Shown: piece by piece, positions 12,406-25,073 of the stretch | How positions within the stretch are numbered: position 1 is the first letter of the stretch | Layout: every line of letters begins with the position of its first letter | Assembly (NCBI RefSeq): GCF_018977255.1 | Contig: NW_024704742.1 | Coordinates: forward strand, 20,958,001 to 21,022,000 | Length of the DNA stretch: 64,000 bases | Direction of reading: 5' to 3' | Source: Callorhinchus milii | Taxonomy: Eukaryota | The notes under the pieces: model-generated | Told to the model about the DNA's origin: nothing | Databases searched by the model: none | What the model saw: the letters and a program-made list of their open reading frames with translations, nothing else | Made by a program: the position numbers and the translations under genes

Positions 12406-13926
12406 AAGGCTGCAGCAGCAGCAGTACATCTCAACGCCAAGTTTAATATTTCTGGAGTGCAACTGCGTGAGGATCTCAGGCGCAATGTGAGCAAAGTCCT
12501 GCTGTATTCCGTGCGTTTGGAGAGGAGGGAGAGAGGGAGAGAGTGGGGGGGGGAGGGGGGGGGGGAGAGGGGGAGAGAGGGGGGAGAGGGAATTGGGGAA
12601 GGAGTGAGCATAACCACCAGCTCCAGAGCAGGACGATTGACTTCCTCGCTCAGCCTCGCAGGTACTGCATGTGTTTTGCTCTCTTTTAGAGACCTTTCCC
12701 AATCCGCGTGTGAACCTCTCCTCCTCGCTGGGGGGGTGGGGGGTGGGGGGGAGGGTTGGGGGTGGGGGTGGGGAGGGGTGATGGGGGGAAAAGGTACATT
12801 TGCAAAAACGTTGCATGAAGTCGCATCGTGTCTGATTGCTATCTTGACTGTCGTTCATTCATTCGTTCAATCCGTTCATGTATTTATCCCTTCATTCACT
12901 CACTCACTCACTCACTCATTCATTCATCAGGGAATGCAATTTTTTTTTGGGGGGTGTGTGGGGGGGTGTGTGGGGGGGGGGGGGAATTGTCGTTTCGGAT
13001 GGGTCGCTCTTAGGATGACTTATCCCACGACATCTGCAAATGGTTGGGTCAAGTTGTCTCTGTCTGCAAAGTTTGCAATTGTATCGACGTATTGTATCAG
13101 CATAAGCTCAGGGCAGATCAAGTCTGCAATGATAACTGGGGCGCTGCGCTGTCTTATATATCTTATATATCCTATATACCCTATGTATCTGTTACCGGTC
13201 AGACCGCAGTGAGGAGATCACCACTTGTGCTTTTTGATCGATTGGGGGAACATTTGGCGTTTGACATTTTCCTTTGGATCAACACACATCTGGAGGACAG
13301 TACCTGGAAAGTACAACGGGATCGGTGGGTGTGTAAAAGCACTGCTACGAGGAGGCAAACTGGTCAGTGTTCACTGCATCAGATCCAGTGAATGAGTCAT
13401 TCCCAGAGAGAGGGAGAGAGGGAGAGAGAGAGAGAGAGAGATGGGAAAACACACGTTACACTGTAGAATCAATTGCTTGAGCTGTTTGATTGCGGATCTG
13501 AAGTTCGCTTAAAGAAATAGTGCAATGGATCATCAACAGCAACAACAACTTGCATTTACGCAGAGCCCTACACTCAGGGCAGCGTCAAAGAGCGCTTAGT
13601 CCCTGTCTCTGCTATGAATGCTCCCCCCACCACCCCCCCCACCCACCGTGTTAGACCTCAAAACGTTTTATTATTTACTTGTTTCAAATCTTTTTACAAC
13701 ATTGCTGAACGCAGTTGAAAATGGCCATTTCCCTCCCAACCACATCTGCTGTTAAGAGCAAGAAAGGGCATCATCATCATCATCATATAATAATAATAAT
13801 AATGTCATTGGAAAGAGAACACAAAACAGTAACAGAGAATCAAACACATAAGTCAAACCAGAAGCTAAGGAAGCCAAGAGGCGAAATGGTATCGGAATCA
13901 ATGAATAGATAAGTGTATAGTGTATG

Positions 13927-14256
13927 ATAATAATAATAATAATAATAATAATCCTTGCATTTGATATAGCGCTTTTCACGTCGGGAGGACGTCCCAAAGC
14001 GCTTCACAGAACACACTGTAAAGTGAGTTGACTGTATATTTGTGGGCGAACGCGGCAGCCAATTGCGCACAGCAATGTCCCACAAACAGTCGTAGATTGA
14101 AATGACCAATTTATTATTGTTTTTGGTTTTGGAGGGATTATTATTAGGCTCTGTGTGGAGTAAGGAAACTTGCCCAAGGTTTCGCCCTGCCTGGAATTGA
14201 ACTCAGGTCTCTCACTTGCAAAGCGAGTGCTCTAACCACTGAGCTACAGGACTCCA
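13927..14256 (-). mobile_element. Full-length young tRNA(Ala)-Deu SINE
   Basis: Reverse complement nearly identical to 9768-10085. Confidence 0.95.
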
Positions 14257-14459
14257 CATATGATATTGCAGGTGGCTGTGTGTGATATGCAGGATGGTGA
14301 ATTATTTGGTATAAATGGTCTGAGCATTCCCTGGGCTGCGAAGGAAATATATTATTTTGGTATTCACCCCCCCCCCCCCCCCCCTTCCTCCCTGCTCCCA
14401 TGTAAAATTGCAACACATTAATATTTTGAAAGAAGCAAAATGAACGAGTTATTTGTGAT

Positions 14460-14771
14460 GGAGTCCTGTAGCTCAGTGGTTAGAGCACTCGCTTTGCAAG
14501 CGAGAGACCTGAGTTCAATTCCAGGCAGAGGGCGAAACCTTGGGCAAGTTTCCTTACTCCACACAGAGCCTAATAATAATCCCTCCAAAAGCAATAATAA
14601 ATTGGTCATTTTCAATCCATGACTGTTTGTGGGACATTGCTGTGCGCAATTGGCTGCCGCGTTCGCCCACAAATATACAGTCAATTCACTTTACTGTATA
14701 TTCTGTGAAGCGCTTTGGGAAGTCTAGAAGACGTGAAAAGCGCTATATCAAATGCAAGGATTATTATTATT
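14460..14771 (+). mobile_element. Full-length young tRNA(Ala)-Deu SINE
   Basis: Perfect anticodon stem CTCGC/GCGAG with TGC anticodon; Deu core; (tta)n tail. Confidence 0.95.
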
Positions 14772-15568
14772 AAATCCAAGCAGATCTGTATCCACTTCAG
14801 AAATAGTCAGGACTGTGTGTGTTTTAGGGTCCTCCTCCCACTCCATCCGATCTTGTCCTCCAAACCCTCTTCATTCCAAACCCTCAGCTCCGGTGCGAAT
14901 AAATATGTTTTGATGTGTGTCCTAAAACTAGCCAGTCACCATTCTGAACAGGTGCCCATCTGTCTTTGGCATATTTAAGTATATTGCTAAGTATCAAGCA
15001 TCATTATTTAGCTTTGTAAGATGCCTTGTGAAATGTCCAGCTGACCACAGGAAAAGTGGTCTTGCTCTATATTTCCTAGAGTCCCTTTCACAGTGTACCC
15101 TAAACATACAACTTTGTTGTCAGAGTAAATGTAGAAATACATAGAAAATCCAAGCAGGCTATTTGCCATCTGAAATAATAAAATAGACATGATCTTTCAC
15201 CGCAGTTGAAGTGGTGGCTAGGGGGGAGTTCATATGCAGAATAGGTTAGCGTAAATAGCACAAGTATAAGACAAGTCACATTAGGAAAAAAAACAAATTG
15301 CACCAAGAAGCAGCTGATGGGCCAAAACAGCTTGTGAAATTTTGTTAATGGAAGGTTTAGAGGGAACACAAGAAGTAAAGATGAGACATCAATAAGAAAG
15401 GGTGAATTTTCCATTCCAACATGGAATGGGCTGTCAACAGGGAACTGTCAGTGGACAATGGTCTGTTTCTATTCAATGCCAAAGGAGAGAGGGGTATTTA
15501 ATAAGGGAATAAACTTGCTCTATTTGCCCTCCGCCATTCTGCAAAGTGTCTCCCCAAATTAATGTTTC

Positions 15569-15675
15569 AGTTCCGATGAAGGGTCATATGTGAAACATTA
15601 AAACCTTTCCCTCTCTTTCAATGGTTATTGAACCTACTGTGGGATTTATAACACCTCTGTGTTTATTTCAGATGT
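15569..15675 (+). mobile_element. Decayed Penelope-like terminal repeat fragment
   Basis: agttccgatgaagggtcatatgtgaaacatt...tttatttcagat is homologous to 59865-59990. Confidence 0.55.
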
Positions 15676-18552
15676 TTAAGTTTCACATTCTTTGAGCACC
15701 AAAGCATTTGATTCTTCTTTTTGTCAATTCATCCACTTTTTTAAAAAAAAAATTACACTACAGTGAAACAAAGAGCAAGAGATATAAACAGAGAGAGAAG
15801 AAAAGAGAAACAGAACCTGAACTGAATTGAACAAAGATTTGTTTTTTTTGGGGGGGTCAGTTGTCGCTGTTCAAAGATTAGTCAAAGATATTTGGACTAG
15901 TAAAGTCTAATAAAGATATCAATCTTTCACAAGTGACTGTGCTAACATTTGGCAATTCCTAATGGAATCCTTCAATGAAAAACTGAGTGGTGACTTCTTG
16001 CAGTCACTGGATATCTGCCATGCATGGCACACTGGCTCAAGGGAACTGCTCTCAAAGTAAATCAGGTTTGAGTAGCGTTCCCATGAATTGACAATGACAG
16101 ATTCCCAGTTTCCTTATTAAAAAAAATGTTGAAAAATGTCACATATCAGACTCAATTGCAACCCCACCACCTTCATTCAGGTTGTGAGTTTTGATTGGAA
16201 GGAAACTGAGTGCTTCATACTGATCCAAAAGAAGGGTGATTCTTGAAACTACTTGCAATCAATTGAATTAAAATGAAGCCATTAAGAGATTCCAGGCAGT
16301 TTATAAACAAATAAAATCTTTTGTGACAGAAGGCACAGTTTCAACCAGGCTATCTATTACATGTGTGTTACTACTGCTTAACTATAGATAAAATGGAGAT
16401 AGGTGCTCAGATCTTCATTGTCAGGAGCATCATTCCGACCATTGCACTGTAGTGAACTGGGACAACAACAACAACAAGATTACATTTGTTTTGCGCCTTT
16501 CACATCGGGAGGACATCCCAAGGTGCTGAAATTAGATGTACAGGTCCACTATGCCCAAGTTTATTGTAAACATGTTCACTTTAGTACGTTTGAATCCGAT
16601 TCAGAACGTAGGATATTTATCTGACAAATTATTTCACCCCTAGTGTGTCGTATCTTTTTTTGATTCAGTTCAGGAATCTCTGCATGCTCTCTCTCTCTCT
16701 CATCTGTCTCTCTCTGTTTGTGTCTCTCATTGTTCCTTTGCAGTTGGATTGTAGCAATTACTTTCGTGTTTAGGTCTATATTGGCGTATAAGTGCTTGAT
16801 TACCTTTCCCTCACATTCTGACAGACAGATCAAAAGCTGTATTGGCACTGATTCCCTGCCCACGCTCTCAAGTGATGCAATTATAAGGCTGGACACTGCT
16901 CAGTTTTTTTGCACAGTGGATGCAGAACAATTGAACTCATGACTTTTCTGCTGGTCAGCTGAATAACCAAATGCTGGCAAGTCAACCTGTGGATCCTGTA
17001 TCCCCTACATGAGATATTATTCAATACCTTTCAATTATTTGGCTCCTAGTCAATCTGAGAATTGCTCTCCTGTTATTTACAATATTGTTCCTTTTTGTCA
17101 ATCATTGATTTTCTGTGTACGCTGAAATAAACCTAAGAAATTGTACCAAAGCTTGCAGATGATTAAAAGAAAGGTGAATATGTGACTCATGCACTGAATT
17201 TCAAAGTATTTCACACAGACCAAATAAGACATACAGCTCTTCCAAATTGGCGTGGTTTAACTTGAATGACTGATTGATATGCTGTGAGTTGTTGCGATTC
17301 ATAATACATGCACAAATTGACATTTCTCCATAGATTTTGAACATTAAAATATGTTCTTCTGAAATTCTTCAATTGTTTTTTAAAATATCATCATAATGAC
17401 TAACCACAGATTTGAAAATTATTGTTCAATACACTTGAAGAAATGATGCCACAAGTATTACTTCTGCATCATAAACCTACAGTATATCAATGGCCTGTTT
17501 TTCACTGGTGGTCAGTTTTCATGGCCATTACAAGGTAAAAAACAATGAATCTAATGCCTACTTAAATAATGCATCAAATGAAACATTGCAGTTTATAGAT
17601 AGCAACAGATACTATTGATTAAAAGACCATCATCACACCCATATATCCTTTGTCTCCGTAAAGTTTCTAATATAGTATAATTCTGCCAGTGCTTGACTAC
17701 CCACCACACCTCCAATTCACTTGTTTACCATTGTATTATTATACCCTATTTACTCAGATTAATGCTGTGCATTTAAGTTGAACTGTACTGAGTTTTTTCA
17801 CATTGCATGTTCATATTTATATTGTGTTCTCGGATTAAGTTTATGTTTAGGTTAGATTGTACTGTTTGCTTACTTTAGCTCGTATTTTGTAAGATTGATG
17901 CATGTGATGTTTAGATTGATTCCCGTCTTTCAGATTAGCTTGTCGAGTATTAGGTTTACATTGATTTACGGTGTGATTGATGTGTTTTGTGTTTAGGTTG
18001 GCTTGAATTATGTTTTCATTTCTAGAATGTTTTGCTAACATCACTGAAATATCACTTGTATATCTTTCAGCCACTACACCCCCAAAGCTTTGGATCTCTC
18101 TCCCACAATCATTCGTATTGCCCCTCTTTTAGGTCGCAACTGAAGACCTTTGTCTTCGTCTATGCTTACGGTAACCTCCTCCCTCCCCCCAGCTCGGTGT
18201 CAGGCTCCACAACTGTAAAGCGCTCTGAGACGCCTCCGCACGTGAAGGGCTGATGTAAATACAAGCTGTTGTTGTTGTTGATGGTAAACCAACCAACTGT
18301 TGAATCATGGAGCATTACAGCAGAGCCTGCCTCTGTCCTCGCCCGATTCCCACATAATCACTTTCTAGCACAGAGTGAACAGGAGCCAGAATTCTGGCTG
18401 ACTTTTGTATTCTTTGGCCTAGGGATACAGAGACCAATTGTAAGAGATGAACGACACTGCCCTCGCTGAGAATATTTGTTTTTCAAATATAATATAAAAC
18501 CCTGTTTACATAAGTGATTTATGCCGTGAAGGCACCGATAATTAAGATTTTC

Positions 18553-18688
18553 GAAAGGCAAAATATTGCAGATGCTGGAAATCTGAAATAAAAACAGAAG
18601 TCGCTGGGAACACTTAGCAGGTCAGGCAGCATCTATGGAGAAAGGAAAGTGAGTTCATATTTCAGGTCGATGACTTTTTGTCTGAACC
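18553..18688 (-). mobile_element. Penelope-like terminal repeat fragment with probable target-site duplication
   Basis: gcagatgctggaaatctgaaataaaaacagaagtcgctgggaacac..gcaggtcaggcagc is the reverse complement of the 59890-59990 arm; flanked by taagattttc and taggattttc. Confidence 0.75.
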
Positions 18689-20734
18689 TAGGATTTTCAC
18701 TGAGTTTTAATCATCCAATTAACTTTCAGAATTCTATCCATGTTACCAATATGTTTGCCTTCAAATACAGTCACTGCACTTTACAGTAATACTGTGAAGT
18801 ATTTGAGACATTTTGACAATGTGATCAAATGCTATATCAAATGCAAGGCTTATTATTATTATTATTATAAGGCTTAATGTTATTATCGTAAATTCTGCCC
18901 GCTCCTTGGTCAGGAGTGAATTTGAAGAAGATGGCAACTCTAAACTCCTACATAAATGGTTTATACACAGACCAAAATCTCACACACACAACATATACAC
19001 ACAGCAAGCCACCAAAAATTCCTACCTGATAAAACCTTATTTACACATCCTTTGCACATGAATGATGGACAGGTGGTTATTAGAATTTCATCTTTAATTA
19101 TTAGTTACATTGTTATGGTGGTATAAATCAAGACAACAGTATATTAGGAATTAAAGGTTAAATTACAGATTCTTCCCTGAATTATTCAGTGTTTTGTGTA
19201 ATTAACACTGCGGGTGCAGTTTGCACATTTTGGGCATTAATTTCTTAGCTGTGAGAATTTCATATCTGACTCCATTGAACAGATTTGACTGAATTGATTT
19301 AAGACTGAATCATTTGCACACAAAACACACAGTCACTACACATTACAGTCAATCTTGCATTTTGAGACAATTTCCCTAAATGAAAGGCATTATATCAAAT
19401 GCAAGGATTGTTATTATTATTAAGCAGATAACGATTGGTTGATTGATTTTGCTTCTGAGTGCTGCAAGTTATGAAGTCTGTATAAAGGAAGCCAGCAAGT
19501 CAATGAATCATAAATTCGCATTCCAGTTAATTATTAAATATATCAAACTATTTCATTTCTATATTCCATTACAACTCTGCTTAATGGATTAATATTCAAA
19601 GTGTTCAAAGCGATGTTATATTTGTGAAATGTTTGCATTAGGTCTGATCCAGTTTTTTTTAAAAAACTTATTTATTGCTATGGTGCAACAAGCATGAACT
19701 TTTTGTAATCCAGTTTTCAAATTCCCTCCCTGAAAATGTAATATAAACTTTAAAATGCCAAGCCACTTATTAAAAGGTATCTGCCATTATACACATCTGA
19801 CAACCTAGCTTTGAGTTATAATAATAGATAATAAAATAATAGGCATTTGATAAACCGCCTTATTACATCATTAAGATGTCTCAAAGTGCTTCACGGAATA
19901 TATTGTATAGTAGATTGCCTTATTTTGTGGGAGAAACATGACAACCAATTACTCACACCATGTGTCCCACAAATAGTCATGGATTGAGTGACAACATTTT
20001 TTAATTGTAATAATTTTTGTATTTGATATAGCAACTTTCACATCTGGATAACATCTCTATGTGCTTCACAGGATTTTAAGTGTAGTGGCTGTGTATGCTG
20101 TAGGTATTTCTAGCAGGTTTCTTTTCATGGCAAAGATACCCCAATCATTATCAAAATTCTTTATTACCAATAACTTGTACTGGTATAGCACCTTTCATAT
20201 AGGATAACATAAAAATATTGAAAGTGTTTGATTTGTGCATAAGTTACGGAGCAGAATAGAGGGGGGTGGGGGAGGCTGGGGGTAATATTAAACAGGTGGA
20301 GGCTCACGTGAAGTATAAACACCATCATGGAGAAGTAATCCTAGCATTTGATATAGCTAAGTCATATATAGATATAGATATAGATAAGTCATGTCATTGA
20401 GACATCTCAAAGCGCTTCACAGAATATATTGTAAAGTGCGTACTTTGTAGTAGGGCATAACCATACCCACAAAAACAAAACTGTTCATGGCTTTATATCC
20501 ACCTTAATATTTCTCTGTTTCAAGTATTTGTCTAATTCCCTTTTAAAAGCTAGTGTGGATTCTGCATCAATTATTTTGGTAGAGAATTCTCTATGCGCTT
20601 ATAAACCCTTAAGTAAAACAAATACTAACTTCTCGCATGATTCTTTTGTTAATAATCTCACATTCAAATTACTCCTCATTGACCAATAGAAACAATTTCT
20701 CCTTATATACTTTATTCTGCTCATCTTATAGTAC

Positions 20735-21895
20735 CAAGAACGCCTGGGTAAAGTCACCAATGCCATTTTATCCAGCTGTAACCAGGGCTCTCTGGCTGCT
20801 CGTTCTTCTTAAATTTTTTGCTGCCTTCGACACTGTTGATCATGCTGTCCTTCTCTGCTGCCTCTCCTCTCTGATCCACCTTCACGGTTCTGATTTTATT
20901 CTTACCTGTTCCAGCATCTTCACTTTGTATCTGCTAATGGGTTCTCTTACCATCCCCACACAGTCATGTGTGGCGTTCCTCAGGTCTCTACCCTCGGTCC
21001 TCTCCTCTTTAGTATCTACATGCTCTCGCTCAGCGATGTCATCTGCATGCAAAGGGTTAAATTCCACAACTGATGATACCCAAATCTGTCTTTCTGCCTC
21101 TACCCTTGATTCCAGGACCACTGCTGTCCTGACTGATTGCTTGTCAGGCATCAAGTCCCAGATGAGAACTAACTCTCCAGTGGAATGTCAACAAGACTGA
21201 GGCTCCTCTGCTTGGCTCCCATCAGTGCCTTCTTGCCTTCAGGGACTGACAGCATCAATCTACATGGATGCACGCTCAGCCTCACAGAGCCAGTGCAGAA
21301 CCTCTTTGTCTTCTTTGACTCCCAACTGTCCTATAAACTTCACATCCATGCTCTGACACACTCAGCTTTCCCCTCCCTCCATAGTATTGTTGGCCTCCGC
21401 CACTCTATCTCTCGTTTAGGCTGTTTAGTTCCTATTCCATGCGATTATCACGCCCAGGCTTGATTACATCGACATTCACTGGACTTCCCATCTCTTCCCT
21501 CCCCAAGCTGCAAATCATTCAGATTCTGCAGCTCACACTAGGCTCTGTGAGCCTATTACCCCTATCCTCGCCTGACTCCACTGGCTCCCCTGCCCCCAGC
21601 AGATCAAGTTCATAATCGTTGTCTTCTCTTTCAAATCCCTTCATGGTCTTGCCCCACTTTTCTTCTGTGACCTCCTATCTGCCTCCGTTCTGGAGTCCCT
21701 CTGACTGACTCGCTCCCCTACCGCACTTCTTTCAAGGTCTACCTCAAGAACTTCCTCATTGACCGTGCCTTTGGTCATCTTTCCTCTTCAAGCCCCCCTT
21801 GGCTCACACTCTAAGCTTGGGTGCCAAGCTAGGACTGTTAAATGCCTTGGGGGGGGTCCTCCCGACATTAAAAGTACTGTATAAATGTAATATGT
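20735..21895 (+). mobile_element. Degraded L2 LINE (RT plus 3' end)
   Basis: AAFDTVDHAVLL and DDTQICLS motifs in ORF 20637-21200; ctccactggctcccc motif; tail gtcctcccgacattaaaagtactgtataaatg. Confidence 0.88.
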
Positions 21896-23227
21896 ATTAT
21901 GTTAATACTGATCGTAATTTAAACACCTCGATCACATCTCTTCTCAATATTTTTTGTTTTACTTGAAAACAGGTCCATTTTCTCTAGTATTTACAATAAC
22001 CCTTCCATTTCATACAGTGCCTTAACACATAATCGAAACATCTCAAAGCACTTCATAGGAATTACTGTACAGTGAAGTGACTATTTGTAGGCAAACCTAT
22101 AGAACTAGTATCTGTTCAAAATCTCATCATTCGATCGATTCATTCATTCGTTCGTTCATTCATGCATATTTGACTGTCTTGTATTTGTGAAACTATGACG
22201 TATTATTACTGCAGTAGCTGAAAGCAAAAGCCTGATTTTTCCAATGTGCTTCAGTAACATTAAGTCTTCCAGAATCCAATACTCTTGCATTTCAGCTACC
22301 AAATAATAGCTCATTATTTTTCTAATTCAATTGTTTTTTTAGTTGGTGACTGTTCATGTGGTGTACGTTTGACAGTTTTGTAAAAATAGTGATTTAACTC
22401 GTGTCAGTATCAAAATAATAAGAGGCATTTAAAGGTAAAGTTTAATTTTCCTAATGTTACAGTTTGTAATTTAATCTATGATCTTAAGTTTATCAAGCAA
22501 CTGCGGACGTTTATTTTGTATTGCAATAACAATTATAATGATTACAATTTCTTCTAGCATGGTATTATATTCCTGCAATTTATTTTCTTACACACAGCAT
22601 TAAGGCCTGCTATTGTTGCTAGAAATTTTGCCTGAAGATAACACAGGATGCCAGTTTTAGACTGCACTTCTTTCCACTCCAATGGACTCCTCAGTATTGA
22701 TCAAGTAATACCTTCATGATTTTATTCCACTCGACTGCTAGAAGATTATAAAAAGCATCAAGAGTAAGGAGACCTTTCTCATTGCACCACCTCCAATGCC
22801 AACTTGGTTGTCATTTATACTGTATTCTTATGGACAGATTTGCAACTGTGCACTGAAGAATTGAATTAACTGGGTTGTCATAATTATGCTGTAACTTGAC
22901 TCATGCCTATGCTGCTTCTAAGGTACCCTGTATTCACAGTCATAGAACTTCAGTAGTGTCTAACTTTAGAGAGCCCATTATGCCCATCTTTTACTGGTGC
23001 ATTCTGTATTAATGTGATGCTTATTCCACAATGATGTACGGAGCAGCAACAACATATGTCTTTCAATGCATTGACGTTGCTGCTCACTGAGAGCAAATCA
23101 AAGATGCAACGACAGTCCAAAACATGCACACTTTACGTTCACTGAACGAACGAGTTAAATTATTATCACTTCATTCTTTCTAACTACATAGCATGTGAAT
23201 GTTCATAAACGTTAAACATTTGAATAT

Positions 23228-24604
23228 ATGGAGGAAAAGCAGTTCAAAATGGATCTTGAAACTCAAAATAAAAGTAATATTGCAATTTTGTTGCATCATA
23301 GCAATACTACTACCTTATATGACCCAGGTTTCCCCTCCTGGGATGACTACAGTGGAAGTATACACGATATAAGCTATTTACTCGTTGGGATTTATATATT
23401 TATAAGTGTTCTTGGGATCCTTGGAAATTTTTGCATCCTAGTTGCACTGTATAAAAACCTGAAGCAGAAGTCAATGATTAACTTTTTGATTGGCAACTTG
23501 GCTTTATCTGACATTTTGATTCTGTTGTTCTGTACACCATTTACACTGACATGTCTCCTTCTGGATCAGTGGATCTTTGGGGAAGTCATGTGTTATATTG
23601 TGCCATTTGTTCAGTGCGTGTCAGTCATGGTTTCTACATTAATGCTGATGTCAATCGCCATGGTCAGGTATCATATGATAAATCATCCACTCTCCAATCA
23701 TGTTACCATAAACACAGGATATATGTTACTGGGAAGTGTGTGGATTATTGGATTCACAATTTGCTCACCTTTACCCATCTTTCATAAAGTCATACATTTG
23801 AATGAAACTTTTGACTCAGAATCCTTAAAGATTAGATACCTATGCATTGAGTCATGGCCATCCAATTCTTACAGAATTGCCTACACAATTTCCTTGTTGT
23901 TCATCCAGTATATTTTGCCGATAGTTTGTCTCACAATCAGCCATGCCAGTGTTTGTAGGAAAGTCAGTGCCGCCATGCCAAGCAAACAGAGCGGATTCGA
24001 GGAGAATGAAATGATAAATTTAACCATACATCAGCCGGCGCAAAATCAGTCTCGAATGAAACTGTCAAAGATGCAAGGTTGGGGCTATTCCTTTGTGAGG
24101 AAACACAAGAAGCGATATAGCAGGAAGTGTGCCAGTGTTGTGCCAGCCATGGTCAAAGTGCATAAGAATGAGCCCACTCGTGATGACCTTCTAGTGACTC
24201 CTGGTTCTGAGAGTACTCAGCCTTTGCCCACTTCCTTTCTTCCTGGGGTACCTGTATGTTTCGAGATGAAAGCTACAGCAGCTGAAGAGGCCATAGAGCC
24301 ACAGCATGTTTATGTGACCCCAAAATCTGTCACCAGATTGAGGAAAAGATCCCGCAGTGTTTTCTACAGACTGACCATCGTGATCATTGCCTTTGCTGTC
24401 AGCTGGATGCCCCTGAACCTTTTTATCCTCTTGACGGACATCAATGGCAACTTGATTTCCAGTAGGCACTTCAAGCTGGTTTACTGCATTTGTCACCTAT
24501 TGGGAATGTTGTCCTGTTGCCTGAATCCCATATTGTATGGGTTCTTGAACAATGGTATCAAATCCAGTTTGCAATCCTTGATTAAATGCTTTCACGTGGG
24601 ATGA
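23228..24604 (+). CDS. NPY5R: Neuropeptide Y receptor Y5, intronless 458-aa ORF (likely start at Met8, MDLE, 23249)
   Basis: Class A GPCR with Y5 hallmarks: FPSWDDY N-terminus, LLDQWIFGEVMC, VRYHMI in place of DRY, long basic ICL3 (KHKKRYSRK..PGVPVCFE..RSRSVFYRL), CHLLGMLSCCLNPILYGFLNNGIK and a very short C-tail. Confidence 0.98.
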   Translation: MEEKQFKMDLETQNKSNIAILLHHSNTTTLYDPGFPSWDDYSGSIHDISYLLVGIYIFISVLGILGNFCILVALYKNLKQKSMINFLIGNLALSDILILLFCTPFTLTCLLLDQWIFGEVMCYIVPFVQCVSVMVSTLMLMSIAMVRYHMINHPLSNHVTINTGYMLLGSVWIIGFTICSPLPIFHKVIHLNETFDSESLKIRYLCIESWPSNSYRIAYTISLLFIQYILPIVCLTISHASVCRKVSAAMPSKQSGFEENEMINLTIHQPAQNQSRMKLSKMQGWGYSFVRKHKKRYSRKCASVVPAMVKVHKNEPTRDDLLVTPGSESTQPLPTSFLPGVPVCFEMKATAAEEAIEPQHVYVTPKSVTRLRKRSRSVFYRLTIVIIAFAVSWMPLNLFILLTDINGNLISSRHFKLVYCICHLLGMLSCCLNPILYGFLNNGIKSSLQSLIKCFHVG

Positions 24605-25073
24605 TGTCTACAAAAGGCAATATTTGCATTGAACAATTTGGAGTCTTTAAGTATATACTACACAGCAAGTCTGTTAATCATTTGTGCAGTTGATTTCTGA
24701 ATATTTGCATTCTGTGTGACAGTGAGTCAATATCTTCTCCTGATTCACCTATAATCATTCTTGCAATTTTCCCTCCCAAATGTGTTGTTTAAAAAGTCAG
24801 TAGATGATTTTGGGCTTGGTGAAGCCTGACTGGCAAAACAAATAGAAACTTTTGATCTGTTGTATTGTAATCCTAAATGGGAAACAAAATTGTGTTTGTT
24901 TATATTATAATTTGTCACTTTTGAGCTAAAGTTAATGCAAACTATTTGCTGGACCCATATCATGAACGTTAGGAAACTAATGATGCAGAAAAGAGCAATT
25001 TGCATTTTCTGATTTTATTTAATGAGTTTTTGAGTCCTTTCTGATGCTGNAAAAATATCTTTATCTGCACGTT

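Larger units (their letters stand above)
10400..13450. promoter_or_regulatory. Candidate shared/bidirectional NPY1R-NPY5R promoter and non-coding first-exon region
   Basis: Transposon-free, CpG-enriched and microsatellite-dense segment between the two divergent genes. Minus-strand donors CTG|GTAAGT at about 10460 and 11142; plus-strand donor CAG|GTACTG at 12661. An overlapping promoter is known for the mammalian orthologues. Confidence 0.5.

Noticed and set aside
11264..13391. Many overlapping ORFs up to 251 aa
   Set aside because: Produced by microsatellites and G/C runs that lack stop codons
14460..14530. tRNA-Ala(TGC)-like gene
   Set aside because: SINE head: no proper acceptor stem, and it continues into the Deu core and L2 tail; multiple copies
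25050..25050. Single ambiguous base n
   Set aside because: Assembly ambiguity, not biological
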